A stretch of DNA of 63,398 bases, filler included, from Intoshia linei (taxonomy: Eukaryota > Animalia > Orthonectida): assembly GCA_001642005.1 (NCBI GenBank). It is 4 parts of 4 records of this genome, joined end to end, with 100 filler letters (N's around TTAATTAATTAA, not from the genome) between each part and the next. Parts side by side here need not be neighbours in the genome. Positions count along the whole stretch, not along the records: positions 47,428 to 63,398 come from LWCA01000885.1; 3 more parts are not named here. One strand, 5' to 3'. Shown here piece after piece: positions 52,231 through 63,398 of the stretch; the stretch's first letter is position 1; each line of letters begins with the position of its first letter. A program made the translations under genes and the position numbers. The notes below the pieces were generated by a model. It did not search any database, was not told the DNA's origin, and worked only from the letters and a program-made list of their open reading frames with translations.

Positions 52231-52710
52231 TGTTATCCAAAGCTTTTAAAAATAAACCATGTCACCTTTTTAAAGGTAGTTTTGTTTTATTTGTATACCT
52301 ATATTTATTGAAATTAGCCATTTAAATGGTATAGCAAACATTTTTTGTAGGATATTATCAGTTATCACTGTATTGTGGGTATAAGTTCTGATCCGGTCAA
52401 ATTTTACGAAAAAAAAAAACAATTGTTAATACGTTGCAACATGGTGGATTTACTGATATGGGATTGATCGGTAGGTAGTAACGAAGTGTACAGGCAATAA
52501 CATTTGACTAAATTCTAAAGAAAATTTTGCTATTTTGATAGTCACTGTTATGATGCTTTTTGTAATAATCGCTATTTCGAACGTTTCACCATAAAATATA
52601 TCAGCGTTTTCTGGTAACTCTTAAAAGTTTTAGTGATTTTTGAATGATACTAATACAAATTAGTATTAATTATAATTTGTAAAATAAAAATTGTGTAAAA
52701 TATTTAATAA

Positions 52711-55700
52711 TTATTGAGTAGATATGATTCCAGAACTTATCAGTTTCATAATTTTTTGTGATATTACTGGATCTTTCATATGGCTAAATAACAAAATAAA
52801 AATTAATTGAAAATTTAACTAATATTTCGTTTAAATTCAAATTAATTACTCCAATAAAGATTTTGGGTCTTTTTGAGCTTGTTGTAAAATCATTTGAAAT
52901 GCCGGATCCGACATAATTTGCATAATTTCAGGATCTTTCATTGCAGCTTGAATTTTTTCTTCTTTGGATTGATTGTTCTGATTTTGAAAGGGATTTGTAT
53001 AGATCTTTTTGACCCCTTCTCGTGCTTCCTAAAATAGTACATAAATGAAATATGAAAAAAGTCAAAATATAAACTTATCATTTATACCAGTGCTCACCAA
53101 ACTACGGCCCGTGAATTACAAATCAATTATAAAATAAACCGGTGATATCTTACAAATTATCATATATCATCGACTTATATTTTAAATATATAATATCAAC
53201 TCGTAATTTCTAGATCATGAGAAACTTATTAATTCATTAACTTAAAATTTAAATCGTAATTTAAACTACCGTCATGTATATTATCCATCTGGCCCGCGGA
53301 TCTTTTTTAGTTATTCCTGTCCCCATTTCAAAACGTTTGGTGGTAACTGATTTATACAGCTAATATTTTATATTTTTTCATACATTTACGGTCACTATTC
53401 CATTTAAATATTAAAGATTATCACACTTAAATGAAAAGATAATCTTAATCAGACTAGATTGGTGAGTCACGACGAAATTATAAAATATTTGAATAATCTT
53501 GATTTAATCTAATGAATACTGAGCAATTTGGATCCAATTCTAAAGCTTTTTTGTAAGCTTCAGTGGCTTCTGTTTCATTTTTTAATATTGATTGAGCTTT
53601 GGCAACACGTAAATAACCCTTGACTAAAAATATTTTAAAAGGCACATTTTTAAATACCAAATGTATCATCAAGTTGAACACATTTTTGTGCGTCCTCCAA
53701 AGATAATTTGAATTCCATCAATTTTGAATATGCGGCTGATCTGTTACTGTATAGCCGACAATCATTTGGATTTCTTTTTATGGCTTCTGTGTAGTGTTCG
53801 ATACTATCAGCGAATTGACCTGAAATACAAATAACCTTATTAAAGTCACTTTTAACTTTTTGACACCGTAATGCACCTATGCGGGTAGTCTTACATTTAA
53901 AAATATTCAAATAGTATTTATGTGTGTTGTTTTTAAATTGACAATATTTAAAAACTCACGCATATGTAAAGTCGTATAAACGCATTTAGGTGGCCAAATA
54001 ATAAATGACGCCTATTCAATTTTGGCTATAGAATAGAATTAAAGAACAATATTTCAACATTTTGTTTATTCAATCAAATATATAGTTTATGAAGAATATA
54101 TCAGTTTTTACGTATGTAATAGTTTCTACATTTTTTTTTTTTATGTTTATACTCCAACTTTTATTGAAGTAAAATCATGAATATTATTATGTAATTAAAT
54201 TAAGCTGAAGATAATAATATGAAGATTAATTTTTTTGTTTGATTGTATTAAAAATTAGTTGAAATGTAACCCGAATTTTATCCGATATTCGAAATGGAAA
54301 ATTTAGTTTAATTTAAAAGCTCAACTGAATGTTCGCCGTTATTTCTCTAAATGTAAATCATTTATTTAGGGTTTTAGAGATGATTAAAATTCTCTAAAAA
54401 TCTAATAAATACATATTTCATTTAATAATCAATCCTATTAAAAAATCACAAAATGTAAATAATATAACACGGGCATGAACATAATCTACTCCTAATACTC
54501 ACTTTTTTCAATACGAATGACAAACAAATTATGTACTCAGCGTAAAATAAACGGCGTGAGTGACGACGTGACTCTATAGCTGTAATAAATTTATAAAAAA
54601 AACCCTTCCTAAAGTATTCATTTCCTTTGTTTTTAGCTTCAATTGCTAATTCTGGATTTATATATGCAGCTGATTCCATTTTCTTTTTTTCAGATTTCAA
54701 CTAAAAATACAAAATAAACCAAAACACGTTGAAAAACATCATTAATAAGTCTCCTAATTTTGTTGTCGCTTTTTTCAGATAAGGAGTTTGTGTACCATTC
54801 AATTGACTTATCAAAATCGTTCATTTCACGGTAGCATTTGGCTATGCGACACATGGCTCTACATTTAATAAAATTAAACCTATGTAGTCTTTGGAAAATT
54901 ATTTTCTAAACTGATCTTTAAAATCTTTACTTATATAAAATCAAATGATGCTAAAAATATGTATGTGTAACAATTTATTGAAAAAACTGACAGTTCCAAA
55001 AGTAAAAATTCTAATTCAAAAATTGGCATATTCCCGGCCAAAATCACAAGAATTACAACTTTTTTTATATAAAACGACACAAAATAATTCTCGACTATCA
55101 TATCAAAATTAGCACACCACTTTTGATTTAGTTGCCATCATTGATCTATGATGTATTATTCATTCGATTCTAAGATTTTAAAATTCGTCTTGTACTAAAA
55201 AGTACTAGCTACCGTTTGTACCAAGTTATATATAATACTAGGTTGACTGTTATGTACTACATACAAACAGCACCTAGCTCTGCTGAAAGCACATTTTTAT
55301 TCTACCAAAAAAGTAATTTAATGTTGAAAATCTAACTTAAAAATCCTACTATTCACTATTATCAATCCTTTCTTTAAAGGAGTAGTTCTTAAACTTGTTT
55401 CAGGTAGAACCGTCATATCACATTACTTTAAAGTGAATTATTTCATCTTAATTTTTTTTGTTATCATTTGCGTAAAGTTTTTTAAAAACAATTCTTACCC
55501 ATTTTTATAATTTATTCAACAGAATGTGTGTATAATATTAAAAATAAAGTAAAAACCGTCCAATCCTAAAAATTGTCATAAATAGCATCAATTCCAGAAA
55601 AAAAAAATAATAAAAATCTATTTTGCCATTTTCAATGTGGTGATATATATTCAGTACCAATTTAATAAATACTTAAAAATACCAATTATGTATCAATAAT

Positions 55701-57831
55701 TAATAGAAATCTTAGCTATATGAACATATTTCTGACGAAATTCTAGCAATGTTGCAAAAGATGGTAATAATAATAAAAATGATAATAACAAAGTTGTATT
55801 ACTTTTAGTAATCGTTGTAGTAGTTTTAATTAAAATCTTATACAAAATGTTTTAAAAATGAAAATTAAAAATTTGCGAATAAATGAATTATAGATTTCAC
55901 CCATATTTCTTTATTGGAAATGTGTATACGTTTAATGCACATTTTTTGAAATTGTAACATCAATATTTACATTTTCAATTTTTATTTTAATCGAAATATT
56001 TGAAAAATATTGGTTGAATATATTAAAAGTATTTTTCATCGGGAATGAGTAAATTTCTCGAGTTCAACTTTTGTATTTATATCAACTAAAATAAGCTCTA
56101 TCAGATTAATTTTTTTTTCATAAACTATTTCGGAAAAAAAAATACTAAAATGCTTTTTTGACCGTGAAGGCGTCACTTATTCAGATTAAAAAAATTTGTG
56201 TGTGTTAACATGATACAACTGTACCACCTGTAAATTTTTTTAAATTCTAAAGCTGTTTTCATTAAAAAATTAAGAGTAATTTGTGGTTTTGGCCCTAAAG
56301 ATATAATTTTTTTAAATATAAATTTATGATAATGTTTATGATTTTAAAATCCGTATCTGCGTATATTTTTTAGGCGCACTATCAAAAGATCGTAAAAGTA
56401 TGCTAAAACTTTAATTTTAATTAGAATTTATAATTAAGTTGGATAAATGAACTGAATGAAACAAAATCAACATAAATTTAGAAATAATTTTGAATTTAAA
56501 ATATTAAATTTCATCATTTGATTATCTTTATCAAATTATCTTTTGATCTACGATCATGTGAACATAAAATATGTAGATCAAATAATATCAGAATTTATAA
56601 TTAAATTGTATAAAAAAATATTCTCTGGTGTGAACACCATAGAATATTTCTAAATTTTTTGTTATATGGTTTGTAGGTATAATATGGTATCTTAATATTT
56701 CAGTTTTAACCTGGGTCTGTAGATCTACGATCATGTAATTTACGGTTATTAAACGGACACGACTTTTTTAAATTCTCTAACTTGTTTGATTATCAAAAAA
56801 AAGGAGAATTGGTGTTTTTGACTCGTAAGATGTGATTTGGGAGGTTGAAATGTATCTTTATTATATGTGCCAGAAAAAACTGTAATTGAAATGTGGACTT
56901 TATAAAATTCTAAGACGGGTAGTTATTTCAATAAAGTGGAACACACACACAAATACTGCGTAGATATTATATAAGTAAAAATAACAGTCAAACTAGTATT
57001 TGCATCAATTAAAATGAGTTAACTCGCTTGGCTCATAAAAATATTTTTAGGTTCGTGGCATTATTGATTTTTTTAAAAACAGAATTTCAGAAGAATATTC
57101 AAAACAAATTTGAATATAATTACAAAAAAAGTTACGTGTCATAAAATAAATAAATTACTAACAAGAAATATAATCAATCAATTCAAAATTAATTATGCAG
57201 TTTTACCTATAAATCTTTCATAGTTTACCATTACCTCTAAAAATGTATCGTAATATTCTCGCTACCACAATACTCTTTTAAAAAAATATAAATACAAACA
57301 AAACAAATAATTGTTTCTATTCAACTAGCTATTCAGTAGTACTGAGTCAGTACTTTGATGTGTTTTTTTGAATATATCAATTTATTAACGGAAAACTTGT
57401 TCCGAACATAATATGGAAAAATTAATACAATGTAATAATAATGTACATTATTTAAAATTTAAATATATAACATACTTGGCCACAAGAGCATATTCTGCTC
57501 GATTATCACGTCCAATCTTTATTGCCTCTTTGCTCTTTTCAATACAATCATTGTATTTTTTTTCTTCAAATAAAACAGCTATATTTAAAGAATAAGGGTT
57601 AAATAAATCAAAAACAACATTTATATTATATATTAAACAATTCATTAATATTGTAAAAATAACCAGACTTATTCAGGTAATATACAATGTTTCCTTTATC
57701 CAATTCTATAGCTTTGTCGTAATGTATATGAGCTGTCGCAAAATCTCTATTCTTGTAAGCTTCGTTTCCTTTAATTTTTTCAATTTCCTAATTGTCATCT
57801 ATTTTAGTTAAAAAAAATAAAATACCGACAT
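52711..57831 (-). CDS. STIP1: STI1/HOP Hsp70-Hsp90 organizing protein (TPR2A-TPR2B-DP2 only)
   Basis: MS|[151 protein letters not shown]. Confidence 0.93.
53088..53349. mobile_element. hAT-type MITE with perfect TSD
   Basis: TIRs CAGTGCTCACCAAAC / GTTTGGTGGTAACTG; perfect 8-bp TSD ATTTATAC; subterminal GGCCCG motifs. Confidence 0.85.
55238..56996 (-). mobile_element. Longest Helitron-like copy (~1.75 kb, with nested insertion ~56370-56760)
   Basis: 3' CTAG at 55238; contains in order the blocks seen in the shorter copies; 5' head near 56977. Confidence 0.8.
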
Positions 57832-58160
57832 AGCTGAATGTTTATATAATTTTAATGTTTACAAAATGTGAGCGAAAATGGCAATTAAATATATTTAATA
57901 TTGGCAACGCACATAAATGAACTTTTACATTTTATCGTTGCCATGGTTTAATATATAAACATTCAATTTCAGTTCGTTAATTACAAGTTGTCGATATAAT
58001 ATAATTAAATTCGAAGATATGATTCGGTTTATGATTTATAACTTGTATCACATTTTGCTCGAAATGTCAATATTCGATAACAAGAGATAACTAATACAAA
58101 ATATCCAAAAAATTTATTACAACTAAAAGTGAAACTTAATTCTTATATAATGGTCGTCTA

Positions 58161-59903
58161 TTATTCAATACATGAATCATCGGATGCATTTGATTTTTTT
58201 TGTTTGATAATTTTTTCAAAATCAGTTAAGCTATTATCTAAAATATGGAAACATTAATAAATTTAATAATAGTAAAAACATAATTACTGATTTTGTTGCT
58301 AAAAATATCAACCTAAAAATGAATAAACTCTAAATTCTTAAATGCTACCAAAAAAATTGCATCATCTTCTTCTAATCCTGCTTTACAAAGAATGTTTCTG
58401 AATTGAACGAATGGATGATCCTCGTTAGAATAATCAGAATTAAATAATAATATATCTTGAAACAATATTTTATCACCAATTAATAAATTGAAATCATGCT
58501 CATTAACTGGCATTGAAATGTACGGTTTAATGTTTGAAATTTCTAATTTTTTCAAATTCGTAGAATATACATATTGTAGAAACGGCCAGGAAACCTTGTT
58601 CAGCTCATCAATTATTTGAACAAGAGTGTGCATTCCTTTTTCATAAGCTAATTGGCGTGTATCTAATGTGTACCATTCCAGTGTATTTTTTATTTCATCA
58701 TAACGTTTCTAAAACAAGTTTAATATATAGTACAAAAAAAGTATTATTTTCTGATAAAAATGTATAATACCAGAATTTTAGTGGAAAAATTTGGTGAGAC
58801 TCCCAGGTACAGTAGATAAACACACATGTTGAATTTTTTCTTTTTTATTGCCATGAATAGTAAATTTTCATTGTACTAAAATACATGTAGTTTATCATGT
58901 AATTTTATGCTACAGATTGTTTTAAGGTTGGGATTATTATAATTAATTATTTTCGTTTGGGTTGATAGTACCAACTTGGTACGAGTGTTCCTATATGTCG
59001 TCAGATTTTAAAAAAATTCAAACCTTGTCTTTTTTTAAATTGATACAAGTAGATTAGAATGTACCAATCTCGCGGTCCCATTTTAAAAAAATTTTGTCAA
59101 GGGTCGTAAAGGAGGCTCGGTAAGATAGATTCAACTCTGACTACACTATAAATATAAATAACGTGATTTTCTCAAAATATAGGGGTTTTTCAAATGTATT
59201 TTATTCATAATAAACTACTAACAGTGGATTTATTAAAACTGCCATTTAATTTACACAAAATAGTCAAACAACCTCTAACATGCACATTAATTTATAATAT
59301 TAATCTATCAAAAATAGAATAACCCATTCGCAATTTAAATCAATCGTATAAAATTCCGATAGAGTAGCTAACAAACAAATATTTCCAGAGCAAACTGCTC
59401 TAATTACAGCCTAAACAATATTTTAAAAAGAATTGAGATGATATATATTTACACGGCAAGGTAGATAATAGGACATAAGCTATATTTTGAAATGAGTTAA
59501 AATGGTAACATTCTGGAAATAACCGAAAATAAAAAAAAATTGTAGTCAGATGGACTTTTCGAAATATCTCATAATTTGAACAATAAACTAAGGATATTTT
59601 TGAATACAAAGAAAATTTAAAGTGATTAAAGTAACCCATTATTAATCCATTATTTAATTAAAATTTATTTTTATCATTTTTCACTATGAACAAATCACAA
59701 AATACAAATGGATATGAGTTTATATGAAAACAGTTTTCAGAAAAAAATAAATTATTTTTAACAATTTTGAAAATACATAATGTAAAATAAAATGTTTCGA
59801 ATTATACCAATTTTTGAATTCTTACAAATCTGGAAATGTGTTTCAAATCTTTACTCAAGTTGTGTGGTTCTTTTTGTATCACTATTCGAACATTATTGTT
59901 CAT
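58161..59903 (-). CDS. Small ankyrin-repeat-like protein (exons ~59808-59903, ~59323-59400, ~58771-58875, ~58290-58708, 58161-58237)
   Basis: Spliced translation LRAVCSGNICLLATLSEFYTIDLNCEW|YNENLLFMAIKKKKFNMCVYLLYLGVSPN...RQLAYEKGMHTLVQII follows the ankyrin helix-loop-helix consensus. Confidence 0.6.
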
Positions 59904-60320
59904 TATAAATGTATAAAAATTGTATTTTTCTAAAATACTGTAACAATAAAAAAATAATTAAATTACCTTCAACTACTTTAAAATTAGAATGTCAAATTAA
60001 ATATACCTTATTATATGTAGTAGATAAATAATAGAAAATTGTTTGGGTCATATGATACATTGTTGTCTTTAATTATTTAAAATTTAATCATAGAGACTAC
60101 CACTCCAAAATAATTATATTATAATAATGTTCCAGTTTTTTAATCTCATTAAAATTAAGATTTATAGATAAATGAAAATCAAATCATAATAAATTATATT
60201 TTAAATACTTCAAATTGTAGAATTTACACATTGTAATTGCAATATGTAAATGACCATGTGAAAAATAAAATTACTACAAATCATTAACGATTGATGAATT
60301 AAAAATTTATTAACAGTAGT

Positions 60321-63140
60321 TTAGTCTTTAACATCATCAATACCACCGTTGGTTATAGCAAATGTGGCTTCAGATTCAGGTAAGCAAGGGGAATCATAAA
60401 TTTTAACAATTCTAGTATCGCCACGGCCTTTTCTTAAGTATAATCTAACAATTTAAATAAATCTACATTCTACAATCTATTAAAAGTTACCGAGTGGTTG
60501 AACTGTGTGCAATAATGTGTCCACCGACAGGTTTTTTAGGGTCACTAACAAACATTGAAGCTCCGTCAACTTGAGCGACTACCTGATTTGATATCAAAAC
60601 GGCAATTCCAAACTAAAAGTTGAAATACATTTAAATATGAAAGTCACATTCAATAACGATAAGAATAATCAATCTTGACACAGCGGGAATAAGGCGAACA
60701 TTCAGTTGAGCCATGTATTGTTAGAGCGACATAATCTTCGATTTTGTTAATTAATCATAATATTCATTTTTTGACAATATTTTTGTGGGTTCTTCAATGA
60801 CAACGACCAACATTTTGTAGAATTTTGAAGGGAATATTTTTTAAAAATTTTCAAGATAATTTTGAGACCAAATTTTTGTACAGTTTTTAAGGATATATTT
60901 TTTTCTACCGTTTTTTAAAGACTTTGAAGATAATTTTGATACCAAAATTATGTAGTGTTTTTTTCACCCAATATTGGGACCCAAATTATGTAGGGTTTTT
61001 AAGGGAATATTTTTTTCTACCATTTTTTAAATTTTTTGTTACCAAATTTTTGTATGGTCTTTGAGAAAGTTTTTTTCACCCAATTTTTAAAAACATTTTT
61101 GGGACCCAAAATTTGTAGGGTTTTTAAGGGAATATTTTTTTCTACCATTTTTTAAATATTTTGGGACCAAATTTCTGTAGGGTTTTTAAAAGAATAATGC
61201 AAGTGTCCAATATCACCAGATTAGAAGATTACAATAACTGACTTACACCAAAATTAAAATGAATATAAAAATAAATAATAAATTAAAAATACCTCATCAG
61301 ACAATCTTGTCAAAGCCCTTAAAAATTTAGCCAAGTGCATTTGTCGTGCGGAAAGTTCACCTCGACCAGAATAATCTGTTCTATAAAGAGCTGTAACGCT
61401 GTCTACGATTAAAAGAGCATAACTAAAAATTATATTATAATCAAAAATTCAAATATATTATTGGCATGTATTAACAATTGTTATGTAAATTAAGAAAAAA
61501 TGTTAGTAATTAATGTATGATTTATAAAACGAAAAAAAATAAAATTTAAGGCCATGAGCTGAATAAATTAGCTATGAAATAGTTACACAACATGGAACAA
61601 TTAAAAATAAAATACACCAACTTAATGGTTCCTAAACTTAACACTACATTGACCCTATTTCAATAAACATTTTTCGTTGGCCCTTAAAAATTTCTAAATC
61701 ACTTAATGAACTAAAAATTTGATAATGGTAAAAAACGAAGAGGCCAATTTGTGAAATTGAAAAAGATTTTTGAATTCTTAGTAAAAAAGTGTATCATGGA
61801 TTAGAGCCGAACCTATATGTTCGAGTCCCAGCCAAGCCTCAATAAATTTTTTCGCATTAATATGCGTAATATCATATAACCTAAATCACATCTTCACGAG
61901 CCTGGACTCGACAGTTTACATTAGACACACAAAATAAATAGTTATCATAGTCTGAAATACAATTTTTAAATGTTCAATTTTGAAAAATTGTACCCCCGTT
62001 TTACTAAAATATTGTCTAGGTCCCCCGAAATGTATTTTCAGTTCTACCAGCAATATTACAATTCTTAGTTTTCTTTTTCAATTTAAATTAACTAATAATT
62101 TAACATTTTTTAAATTCACAAAAATTTTTGTTGATAAAATGTTAAATGTATTTTAGACCGTGAAGGGGTAAAATTTTGAAGTTCAAATTTTTTCTCCATA
62201 TAAAATGAAAGATAAATGTCTCTTAATTATAAAATCGTCATGATTTATAAAAAATTATACCCCACTTTATAGAAACACTGACCTGACAGAAACATTGTAT
62301 ATTACAAAATCCAACAAAATTACAAACAAAATAAATTAAAAATTACCGAGTTTCACTCATCATGGCAGCTGCCGTAACTAAAAGAGACGATTGATGGTCT
62401 GTATTGTGTGCTCGAGCGACTGCGATATTATCCAAAACATCCGAACCATTCAGATCAAGTCTAAAATGATAACTCATGAGTTATTCTCAACGATTTTGAC
62501 ATCGAAACACCGATTATAATCATTATTGATAATTATCAATTCAAAAATTGTTACAATTTATAAAAATGTATATTATTTAAGTCGTACGGTACGTGGGGTT
62601 AAAAATTACACAATATTATAGAAAGTTGAGAAACAGCAATTACCAAAGATGTACAATAGTTGTAGTTATAAAAAAAACCTAACAAAAATTACCGTTCAGC
62701 GATAGCTAAAACTCTTTCAGGTCTAAACGTTCCCTCAGTATCAATGTATAAACATTTCCCTTCTCCTCCACCATTATCTACAGGTAACTAAAAATAAAAT
62801 ATAATATTAAATTATTTCAACGGAAGAATTTTTTAAACCCTGTAAGTTCATAAAAAAATTAAGTCTTAGAATTAAAAAAAAATAATTTTATTAAAAGCTT
62901 CCGCACAATTGATAAAATAAAATAATATACTTGACAAGTAACGGATAGAGTGTGACAAAGTTGTGTCTTCCCAGTTCTAAATTCACCAAACACTTCCGTT
63001 ATTGATCCAGTTTCAATACCACCATTTAACAATTTATCAAAATCTTTGGATCCAGTGGTAATTTGTATAATATCTGCTCTTCTTCTATGAATTTCAGTAG
63101 CTAAAACAAACCCCATAGACACTAATCGTTTACATTCAGC
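60321..63140 (-). CDS. RAD51: RAD51 recombinase (5' exons outside the window)
   Basis: [26 protein letters not shown] (Walker A), [37 protein letters not shown]...[52 protein letters not shown]; stop at 60321. Loop L1 is RAD51-type, not DMC1-type. Confidence 0.96.
60800..61190 (+). repeat. Degenerate tandem repeat (~60-nt units) within a foldback-like element in a RAD51 intron
   Basis: Recurrent GGGACCCAAA.TT.TGTAGGGTTTTTAAGGGAATATTTTTTTCTACCATTTTTTAAA; the element starts ~60693 with the terminus family of 40050-40448. Confidence 0.75.
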
Positions 63141-63398
63141 CTAATAATTAACAATTAAGATACTCAGTTATTATACTATGCGAAAAATTAATATTTTTTA
63201 AATGATACATAGTTCCCTGAAATAATAAGATTGTAGCGATATAGATTTTAGCAGGTTGGGTTTTTCAGTATCGCACCGTGTTATACAGTGTGGTAAAGAA
63301 TTATTTACTCATTTATTAATATGCCCATAACTTTTGACTGAATTAAGATATTTCAAAATATTGTATATCATTCGACAAGAAAATACTACACCCGTATT

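Noticed and set aside
60800-61190. Regularly spaced repeats resembling a CRISPR array
   Set aside because: Units are degenerate with no unique spacers, there are no cas genes, and the context is a eukaryotic intron.
60321-63140. DMC1 assignment
   Set aside because: [18 protein letters not shown] and VAQVDG are RAD51-diagnostic.

Overview
AT-rich eukaryotic (metazoan) genomic DNA, with three ~100-nt scaffold gaps that each carry an artificial TTAATTAATTAA linker. Genes are split by GT-AG introns that are either very short (~35-50 nt) or expanded by transposons. This pattern fits a reduced invertebrate genome such as the orthonectid Intoshia, but that is an unverified inference. I reconstructed nine spliced host genes by eye: the 3' end of an EF-hand protein (+), a DZIP1/Iguana-like C2H2 protein (-), an ~18-kb NEK1-like kinase (-), an orphan ~714-aa gene with a 1.9-kb terminal exon (-), a SUEL-lectin/CUB-like/sushi-like single-pass membrane protein (-), MYG1 (+), STIP1/HOP apparently lacking TPR1-DP1 (-), a small ankyrin-like protein (-) and RAD51 (-, 5' end outside the window). 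Introns and intergenic DNA are full of TE relics: many non-autonomous Helitron-like copies, hAT MITEs with 8-bp TSDs, mariner, Tc1, MULE/SWIM, Ginger2/KRBA2-type integrase and Gypsy fragments. I found no rRNA, intact tRNA or CRISPR array, and nothing I can call a new multi-component system. The best leads are the truncated HOP, the orphan large-exon gene, the lectin receptor and the unusual Helitron termini. All exon boundaries are manual and need RNA-seq confirmation.
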